Assembly: GCA_964016885.1 (NCBI GenBank)
Contig: OZ024743.1
Location: 116,932,001-116,996,000 of the forward strand
Source: Eledone cirrhosa
Taxonomy: Eukaryota
DNA: 64,000 nucleotides
Direction of reading: 5' to 3'
Made by a program: the position numbers and the translations under genes. The notes under the pieces are model-generated. The model made no database searches. It saw nothing but the letters and a program-made list of their open reading frames with translations, and had not been told where the DNA came from. Below are positions 1-10,364 of the stretch, piece after piece. Each line of letters starts with the position of its first letter. Position 1 is the first letter of the stretch.

Positions 1-190
1 CATTTGCTGTGTATGTGAAATAAACATCTCATTTCTTTTTTACTACAAAAATAAGGAATAAAATCAGTTCAGAGATAATTGAAAATATTATGATGAGTTG
101 TAAAAATACATTCACCTTTGATTTAATTTAGATTAGTTGCAATTATATACTTTAAATAAGGTTTTCATCATCAAACAGATTTGATGCTAT

Positions 191-289
191 TTAACGTACC
201 AATTCCCTTCCTTAAAGTTATGAAGAACCATATTTTTGCTACAAAAATATGGTTCTTCATAACTTTAAGGAAGGGAATTGGTACGTTAA
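191..289. repeat. Perfect 48-bp inverted repeat (3-nt loop), TTAA at both ends, followed by a C16 run
   Basis: 191-238 ttaacgtacc...tatttttg is the exact reverse complement of 242-289; loop cta. Confidence 0.9.
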
Positions 290-1045
290 GCCCCCCCCCC
301 CCCCCCATTCCAGTTTGTTAATAAATAACGTTTGGGTATATAGTAAAATGATTACTTCATTACTTAAAAAATGATTCGTATATAAAATTATGCTGGAAGA
401 CATTATTTATATAGGAAACTTGTAATTTATAGATTTCGTTTTATAGAATCAGAGCCGGTTTTGACCGGAATGATGAATTTAAAAAAATGGTCAGAATTCA
501 AAATGGGTACCGGGTAGACTTGATAACATCTTACAGCTGTTTCACGGTACTCGTTACTCCGAAACAATTGCAATTTCCTTACACCGATATAAGACATTGG
601 GATTAAGGGGGAGCGAAGAAAAAGATTTTATTGACATTTACGTATTTCTCAAGGGTATCATAACTGAAATAAAATTGAAAATACTGTAACTAAGTATCAA
701 ATTATGAAATCAGAAAAAAGTTTACTTTAAAGAGAAATAATCCTTTTTTGTTCGAAAATGTTCTTCAAAGTTTGACCAATAACGGAAATACGTTGAGGTA
801 CGTAGCTTATTTGCCATTATCATTGGCAAATAGCATTTATTAATACTGACATTATTATTAATACTGACACTATATCATTTAAAGCAACAGCGGCGGAGCG
901 AAGGCGGATCTGGATTTGTTTATTACTTCTTATTCCGATTATTATTATTGAGTGTTTCCGGTCATTTAATATTCACATTTATTTTGTTCTTGATACTGTT
1001 TTTTTTTATTTCAATAAACTATTGTGTTATGTTTTTTTTCTTCTT

Positions 1046-1630
1046 TTAGAATGCATTTCTGAGATCATCTGGTATAGGAAGGCTAATGAATGGATGTGCT
1101 TCTTCAGCTATGGCAAATTTGTCGGCTTTAGTCTTTATGAAAATAAGGAGGCGATTACTCCTAAATTGATTGATAGTGGAACGGTATGCGTCCTTCGCAG
1201 CTAATAGAGTATCATAACGATACCATGAATAATGATTTGGAAAGACAGACGTATACAAATAGATCCGGCAATTCATCAATGTAGCAAGAGCCTGTAAGAC
1301 AACTTCAAAATCGATGCATTCCTCGGAGTTAAGCCTTTTCAACACAGTGTTAGGGTTCGTACTATGCCAGTTGAAATTGAGATTTCGAAAGACGTCTAGA
1401 AATGCTGTTATCAAGAGACGGTATTCGGTGTAATGATTTTCTGTTCCTGTCAAAACTTTACTCACAACGCGAAATAGTGTATCTGCACCGGTGTCCTCGA
1501 CGCATGTAATCCTTTTGTCCTTTAAATCTATATGAGTATGTCCCACTGTAGGGCATATAATAAATTCAGTGAAGTATTTTCGTTTGTCTCTCCGATGTTT
1601 CGCTAGATGATAATTTCTAGCAGCATCCAT
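1046..1630 (-). CDS. Intronless 194-aa OTU-like (ovarian tumour protease fold) protein, probably catalytically dead
   Basis: ATG..TAA ORF with non-repetitive composition. GADTLFRVVSKVLTGTENHYTEYR resembles the OTU Cys box (DGNCLFRAxSxxLxGxExxHxxxR) with Cys->Thr; EVVLQALATLMNCRIYLY resembles the OTU central helix/strand. Minus-strand AATAAA at 1005-1010. Confidence 0.6.
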   Translation of the reverse strand: MDAARNYHLAKHRRDKRKYFTEFIICPTVGHTHIDLKDKRITCVEDTGADTLFRVVSKVLTGTENHYTEYRLLITAFLDVFRNLNFNWHSTNPNTVLKRLNSEECIDFEVVLQALATLMNCRIYLYTSVFPNHYSWYRYDTLLAAKDAYRSTINQFRSNRLLIFIKTKADKFAIAEEAHPFISLPIPDDLRNAF

Positions 1631-4600
1631 CGATTAAATGAATATTATCAATAGTTTCTTTTGATTGGGTAAAATAAAAAAAATAAAAATAAAGTATAAT
1701 TTTTGTGTTTTGTTTCCCCCAAATAAAAATTTGAAAACTGCTGGATATTGATGCAAACAACGTCAATAACCTCAAAGAATGATTACCATGTAAAGCCAAT
1801 ATATCCCTGTTGTCGAAATTTAGTTACCTCCACAAAGATTCAAAAATACATTCGTCTTTATGACGTCACAGTAATCAAATCGTTTCTACTCGTAACAGTT
1901 GAATTAATACAGGAAGCTAGCCATTTGATTTGAAATCCAAACTGAGAAGTTTAAAAATATTGATTTCTCATATTGGTTCAAGACCGCTAATACGCAGGGA
2001 GAAATATTGACGCTTTACTCGATTCTCCCAGGATGTTTGTGGAATATATATTGCTAAAGCTTAACCTTAATGGCCTTTTAGCTTGAAAATATAGAGGCAT
2101 GAAAAGCATTTAGCCTGTGATTTACTATTTCTACTAAGTAACCCTTTTCGAAGATATACATATATTGTTAATCATGTTCATCTGTATGTAGAATAATGAT
2201 CGATACATATTCCCGTCATGACCATCCCGTATTTCTTTGCTTTTCAGATATAGTATAACTAGAACCACATGATCAACTTCTTTTTTAAAGTCTCCAGTGT
2301 GTAATTTACGAAAGACTCAGTATTATTGCTAGCAAGTCGAGTGAACGCAAAGACCGACCTGTCACCAGGCTTTGGTGTTAGGTGTATGGATACAGAAAAC
2401 TCTGGGTGGGTACACTAACTGGTAATAACTCTAAGGTGGGTTTCGGAATAAGTATATCAGCGTAAATGTTTCTAAACCTGAGGATGCACCATGGACAAGT
2501 AGGAGAAACGTGGCTGTGCCATCTAGTGTACTTCCCCCTTGGAATGAGTTTGTGCGCAAAATTTCGTATTGAAATGGCTGCAATCGAAATCATATAACAC
2601 TGTGCAAGGAAATTTAAAATTCATATCGATATTCTGTGAAAATTAGTTTTTGTAATGGGCAAGTATATCGATTGTAGAAATTCGTGACATTCATATTCTG
2701 AGGTTTGGTTTGTGTCGTTACAAGGGTGGCGCGCCAGCATGGCCTAAACCGGGTGGCGGGAACAGGTAAAAGAGTAAAGGAGCTCGCTTAGCTAACGGAT
2801 CTACATTCTATTCTCACTCTGATTCTTCAATTTTCAAAAGTTTTTTGTTTTTTTAAAGAGAAACATTTAAGAGTTTTCACTTCCATCTCAACGGGAAAGT
2901 ATCTCCATGGTCATACAACGTGTTAGAAATAGTAAATAAATCTCCCTCAAACCACACAATGTTATTTTAAATAAGAGAAGGATGCATTTTAAAATACATC
3001 CCTAAATTCTCATAAAAGGACGGGATGTCATAAAACTGATTCATCTGCATTGGCCTAGGACAATAACAACAGAGTAATGTTAATAAACCCGGTATGTTGC
3101 ACACATTGGGTATCAGACTAGCCAACGTCTAAAAACTCAAACAGAGAGTACCGTAAACAAGTACACCAACACGAGGAGAAATGAGACAAAATGTGGAGGT
3201 TTTACATAATGAAAGCTATACCCATTTTTACCCACCACAAAGTGGATGGGAATCTCCCCGTCGGACAGTGAGAGTTGACAGGTCTGGCATATACACATGT
3301 TAAGGAATTTTCCGGCCAGCTCATATTTTCATTTCTACTGACTTTTAACAAAGAAACCCAACATTTGCCACCCCACAATCATCTTTATTATCTCGAAATT
3401 CATCCGTTTAAGAGATTTTGAAAGGATTATCTAGTTTTCACTTCCCAGCTACCTTTCTGACTAAAGAACATTGGATAACATGTTTTCGGATATTTAATTC
3501 GGGTCCTGCGCGTTCTAAATTCAAATTAACTGAGATCGTCTTGTCCTTAATCATTTTGGTGGTCGATGAAATATGTACCAGATTTAATCGACTGTTCTCT
3601 CCAGGGCCGAATTTAATGGGGAATAAAGGGGGTAATTGCCCGGAACCTCTGCAGTGGGGGCCCCACCAGTGACGGCCGTAGCAATTTATTTGAACCCTCA
3701 GCTGAGGATTTTAGTTTTAGGGCGGTTAGATTTTTAAATTTAATACCTGTATGTAAAACTTTTCAATTCTAATTACTTTCACTAACTTTGATATTTAAAA
3801 TTGCCCCCCCCCCCGTCTAACTTATATTTTGGTTCTCTCACTACCTCACCAACAAAATACTGACATTGTGCCCATGTAAGGAAACATCATTACGCACTGC
3901 ATAGAGAGAAGCAGTAGAACATCGGACAAAATTCCTTTCGGTATTTTGTATTTAGTATTTTGTAATCCTTTAGGTTCAGGTAGTGTGTCTTCTTTAAGGT
4001 GTGTCAATTAATATTAGTTTTAGAAAGTATTCTATGAGGTGTCCCTTTATATCAGTTTTAGAAATCCTTATTATATTTTACTACATAAGGCAGAACGGTT
4101 AGAATGTTTGATAAAATAGCTTACGGTATCTGTTTCGGGTTTTTAAGTTCTGCGTTCAAATATCACCGAGTTCAACTTTGCCTATCATCTTCCCGAGGCC
4201 GAGAAAATAAAGTACCAGTTTTGTATGGTTTATTAGTGAAATTGTTAGAATGCTGGATAAAAAGGTGTGGGGTGTTTTAATACAGCTCTTTACATCCTGA
4301 GTTTTTGTGCTAAGCTGTATATCTTTCAATGTGACAGCATCAGTGGCATGGAGAAAACAAGTTAACTGTATGGACAATTGGAGGATTTCCATGTTAGAAA
4401 AAGCATAACCATGTATGCATACGATAGAAAAACACTTTCCATGTGCAGATACATAGTTAAATCTGAGAAACAGTGGCCTTAAATATATTAATCCATCTAA
4501 CAACTTTAATCATAATGCTCAGTCTCTCCACCCCCAGTTGTGGTTGCCATTCCTTCCTAGAAATAAAGATAAACAAATATAACATTATCTTTCTTCTGTT

Positions 4601-5399
4601 TGGAATCCCGCCCCCAAGAAAAGAAAGACATACAACAAAAAGAACACACGACAATTTAATTAGCATTATCGGTTGAGTACTTGACTAAATAACGAATAAA
4701 ATAAAGATACTCGTGCAAAAAAGAACAGTAGAGATTAGCTGGAGTGAGTTGAAGAGTAGTGAACACTTAGGATGTAATTAATGGTACACTGTTACCGACA
4801 CACGAGTGCTTTGCTTCCCTTTAAACAAAAACATGGTGTCTGCACTCTCTTTCCATCTTTGCGACATTAATGTGCGCGCATACTTATACATACACATATA
4901 CAGACGGCCATGCATACATATGCCTGTATATACACATACATAGACACACACACATACACATATAGATATAAATATATATCTATATATATATATACATGAA
5001 CAATATATATATACACACACTATTATCCCAAATATCCAATATTCTGCTGAATAATTCTCTTACTAATGTAAAACCGCTAAAGTATTGATCTATCTATCTA
5101 TCTATCCCCCACTATCTCTCTTTCTTATGAATTAAGTCGTTAGAGTGGAGTAATATAATTAAAGCCATTTTCGATCATGTTTGTAATATTCACTTCATTT
5201 ATGTTACACGAGATGACAGAAGCTCGTAATCACGGTAGTCACTTAGTAAAGCTTCCTTCATTCTTTTGTTGGCTGGTTTCAGCCAAACCTGATTGGGCAT
5301 AACTACAGTAAAAACTATAGCATTTGTTACCATCTCTTTGTTTTTGTATGTTGTCTAGCACTACTTTAATTCAATAAAAAAGTACTAGTTCAGTAAGAA

Positions 5400-6680
5400 A
5401 TGAGAAAGAGATATAGAGGGAAAATTAACCCCAGTACTGGACTGGTATGTTTTTTTTTATCGATCTCGAAAGGATGAAAAGCAAAGTTGTCTACGGCGGG
5501 ATTTGAATTCAGAACACCGAAACTAATACCGCGATGCGTTCTATCAGAGTTTCTAAAGAAACTGCTAATTAGCTGCCTTTTCACAATACTTGAAAGGAAG
5601 AAAGGTAAAGTAGACGTCGGCGAAAATTGAACTCAGAACGCAAATAACAGGAATAAATTACGCAAGTCATTTTGTATGTCGCTATGCCAATTTCGCTGAA
5701 CTACAACCCAATTCCATTATAATTAATGCATTGGGATAATTGCTGGCCTTGTGCCAAAAGTAGAAACAATTATTAGAGCGGTGGATTGGCATAATCGGTA
5801 GAGCGCCGGACAGCCTGCTTCGAGGTATTGAGTTACAGCCCTTTACATTCTGAGTTCAAATCTTGCCGAGGTTAGTTTTACCTTTCATCCTTACGGGTCG
5901 ATAAAACAAAGTACCAGTCACACACTGGGTTGGTTTAGTCGACTTTCCCTTCATCCTTCAAATTGCAGGCCTTCTGCCATTATTCTTTTATTGATTTCAG
6001 CAACTAGAGTCTAATACTTTAATTATTGACTTAAGGGTAGTGAATAGCAAAAAGTGGGTGCACGAGATTTCAACTCAGAACGTAATTAAATTACTACTCA
6101 TTTTGTCCTTAGCTCTACTGATTCTACGAATTTATCGCATTATTCTGTTATTTACTCTATTGATTTCAGTCATTGGACTCCAGGATGAAAGGCAAAATAG
6201 ATCTCTTCAGTATTGAAATTCAGAAAGTAAAGGTTTATGTTAATTTTAAACTCTACATATTTCAGCAATCTATTAGGATGATGGAGTGGCAGAACTGGTA
6301 GAGTATCGATCAAAATGTTTTGAAGCATTCAGAGTTACGGCCCTCTACGTTCTAACTTCAAATCCCACCAAAGTCAGCTTTGCCATACATACTTTCGTGG
6401 TTGACAGAATAAAGTACCAGTGACGATGTAATCGACTTTCCCTTTCCTCCAATGTTAGAATTATCATTTTAGTCGTTTCAAACATTGTACTTCAGCCATA
6501 CTGTACTACATATTTTAGAGTATAATTTTATTACATCGACTCGAATAACTAATTTTGTTTTGACCGAACTCAGAAGAATGAAAGGCAAAATAGAAGGTGG
6601 CCGTGATTCAAAATCCGATTGTAACTCAATAGGAGAATGCATTTTGCCAATGCTGTAGCGAATTTGCAAGCCTACCACTA
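5400..6680. mobile_element. Cluster of tRNA-derived Nin/Deu-domain SINE copies in both orientations (clearest copy 5776-5980, +)
   Basis: A box tggcataatcgg, B box gagttcaaatc, core gccgaggtt..tttcatccttacgggtcgataaa..aagtaccag; reverse-complement copies near 5430-5700, 6040-6230 and 6570-6680. Confidence 0.8.
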
Positions 6681-7913
6681 AATAAAAGCCGCTGTTACGT
6701 GTTATTTCTTCCCGAATTCAGATACGATCGTTTCAACATTCTCTTTTTCCTTTTTATTGTCATAATCTTCAGCGAATGTTTTTGTTTTGAAAAACCATAT
6801 TAATGATAATAATAATAAATGAAATAAAGATATGAATACATAAATAAATAAATAGTGAGGTTATTTAGTTTTAGATTTTCATTGCAGTCTCTTTTCATCT
6901 TCTAAGTGTTTTACGATGGTCTTCTCTTGTTGATAGTTGCAGACTTTTTAAGAACAAAAGAAACGAATGATAAGCCTAACTAACGTAAGAAAACGAAGTA
7001 TTATGGATTATGATAAAAGTTTCACTTACTCCACCATTATTTTACGATTTCCTTCTGCTTCTGTTTATCATTTAGTCTTTATATATTTCTTATTATTCGT
7101 TCTTTATATATATTTCTGAAGATGATGCTTCAAAGAGAAAAAGTCGACTCTTGAGATTAATAAGAAGTTAAAATAAGAAAAACAACACAAAAAGAGGTTT
7201 CAGTTGGATGTGTTTCCTATCCACCCTAATATCTGTATGTTAAGTAAAATGTAAATCGGTGAGTATGTTCTTGGGTTGTTCACGAAGCTTGTTAAGAAAG
7301 AGTGACGAGAAGATGGGGAGTTATGTAGTGATGTAGGAAATTAATTTTACCAAAACATATTTGATTAGAAATTATATATATATACATATATATATATATG
7401 TTAGGTAATTACGAAGGAAAAGCAAATGAAAAAAGAGTGCTCTATGTCTAGAACAGAGCTATTTAATTAGATCGGTCATCGATCCACACGTATATTAATA
7501 TTGTCTGGGATCCAGAAACCTTTGGTAATGGAGTAGGTATATTTTGTGTTGTTCACTTTCTAATTAAGTATATATATATATATATATATATATAGCACAT
7601 ACGGAGACATGAACCGAATGCTACCATTCGATTTTATATCAATGTGAACTGCTATTTCTAATATCTACCTTTTCACCCCTTGATAATTTGTCTGTGAGAC
7701 ACGTTGGCTGTGATCTTCTGACAGGAACTAAAAGATTGATTCTTTTTAACTTCCCGTCCACACGTAATATTTGTAAATCAGTGGCTAGTTGAGACATGGA
7801 GTCCTATCGGTTGCCAGTTGCTAATCGCTTTTCCGTGTCGGATGTCACAAACAGTCATGACCGGCATGGGCTGGTGTTTGGATTCTGTCGATCGATTGGT
7901 TATTGATTAGGCG

Positions 7914-8029
7914 ATACCCGCTGATGAAGCCGCATAAGCCGATTGTGCCTTGTTGCATAATATATGCAGACAGATGGTGCAGTGCGCCTTACTGCTGCAT
8001 TAGTGCGGCAGAAACTCGAGTCCGGGAAC
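7914..8029 (+). ncRNA. Type I hammerhead ribozyme with an extended stem II
   Basis: cccg-CTGATGA(7921)-agccgca...tgcggca-GAAAC(8011)-tcga-GTC-cggg; stem I cccg/cggg, palindromic stem III ACTCGAGT; homologue at 28282-28397. Confidence 0.8.
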
Positions 8030-8197
8030 CTTATAGGCACCCTTTTTACGTGTGTTGTGTTGAGGCAAATAACTATGTGTATACTCTAGTAATGTATCTT
8101 ACATTTCCCATTGAGGTCGCTGAGATACAACCGGTACTGGCATTGATAAATATGCTGGGTCCGTCAACCCTTATTATATATATATATATATATATAG

Positions 8198-8647
8198 GCA
8201 AAAGTTCTATTTAAATTGTTGGGATACAAAAAGCAAATATTTTTATAACTGATATAAAGCACTCGACAAGTATTTGGAGTAAATATAGGATATTAACAAA
8301 TGGAAACTATATTTATAAAACCATATCTATTTTATTATACATATTTCAAGGATACCATGTTAAATTATGGTATGATTTCATCAGACAAAATGCAATATAT
8401 ACCAGTTGTATAAATAAATATTGACGTACCCTTTCAAAATGCAACCGTTACTTTTGGAAGACTATCCCTGATGTCTTCCAAAAGTAACGGTTGCATTTTG
8501 AAAGGGTACGTCAATATTTATTTATAAAACTGGTATATATTGTATTTTGTCTGATGAAAGCATACCATAATTTAACATGGTATCTTTGAAATATGTATAA
8601 TTAAAATAGATATGGTTTTATAAATATAGTTTCCATTTGTTAATATC

Positions 8648-8648
<1 letters not shown>
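8198..8648. mobile_element. Fold-back Penelope-like pLTR remnant inserted in (TA)n
   Basis: Arms 8289-8462 / 8473-8647 are inverted copies; the left arm has an extra ~90-bp tail; each arm carries a hammerhead; same family at 44445-45178. Confidence 0.75.
8543..8608 (+). ncRNA. Minimal type I hammerhead ribozyme (antisense copy at ~8330-8392)
   Basis: CTGATGA(8551)-aagcataccat..atggtatcttt-GAAA(8588)-tat-GTA; stem I imperfect. Confidence 0.65.
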
Positions 8649-8728
<80 letters not shown>

Positions 8729-8735
8729 TATATAT

Positions 8736-9475
<740 letters not shown>

Positions 9476-9953
9476 CTAAAATTTTAATTCTTCGAAGGGT
9501 CTCTCGGAGGAAGTTCCTATTAAAAATATTAAAGGGGCCTTTTCTGAGAGATTTATAGAAGGCTCTTTGAATTAACCTTTAAATGATTAGTTTCAACTTA
9601 GTAGGGAATATCAAAACTCCGTAAGTTTTCAGTAATTTGTAAACGTGATCTCGGGGGAAGAAAGTTCTTTTCTTTGGGAAAAAAATGTTTTTCTCTCGAA
9701 GGAATTTCATAGGAAACTTTATACTTTTTAGGGAAACTTTATATTTTTATTTTTTATTTTATTAGCCTCTTAATTTCTTCTAGTTTATTAGGCTTATTGG
9801 AGCCTGTAAGCTTTATGCACTTATTGAGGGATTTTTTAAGGTGCTTCTACGGGATCCCAAGTCTTTTGGTTTACTGTTAATGCGTAAATTATATATTATC
9901 TAAATTATATATTATCTAATTTTTAACCTTCAATCCCTGACCCCGACAACTAA

Positions 9954-9961
9954 TATAAAAG
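9954..9961 (+). promoter_or_regulatory. Candidate TATA box in the pLTR
   Basis: TATAAAAG ~125 bp upstream of the hammerhead; motif only, in AT-rich DNA. Confidence 0.25.
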
Positions 9962-10081
9962 AGCCCCCTTAGAATATAGACCCCAACTATACAAGCGGAG
10001 CTGCTGATGTATACCACAATTTCAAACTGCTAGTCTTGAGTGATACGTTGATGTAAATAATGATCCTACAATCACATGTTA

Positions 10082-10133
10082 TATGCCTTGAAAAGTCCCA
10101 CCATATGGTCGGACGAAACGGCTGTCGGCAATA
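10082..10133 (+). ncRNA. Type I hammerhead ribozyme, U3-A8 core variant (5' pLTR)
   Basis: tatgcc-TTGAAAA-gtcc(caccatatggtc)ggac-GAAAC-ggct-GTC^ggcaata; stem I tgcc/ggca; predicted cleavage after C10126; AATAAA at 10130-10135. Confidence 0.8.
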
Positions 10134-10364
10134 AACTCGTTATAATGTCATAATAGTTCCTTTGTTCTTTTTCACTAATATTTATGCTCTGCGTATACGC
10201 ATAGAGTTTAACTAGCTACCGTCACATATTTGGTAAGTCAGACGTGATCATCGCGATTCACATACGACCTACCATACATCTTGCTTATTTAACTCCCTCC
10301 GGTAGAGCTTAACCTTCACTGAAAAACACACCGCCCTGGGGTGGCTTTTCAATACACTGACAGT

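Noticed and set aside
10341-10364. GTG start given by the ORF track
   Set aside because: Eukaryotic context; the first in-frame ATG is at 10365, just before the conserved SLKNIP motif.
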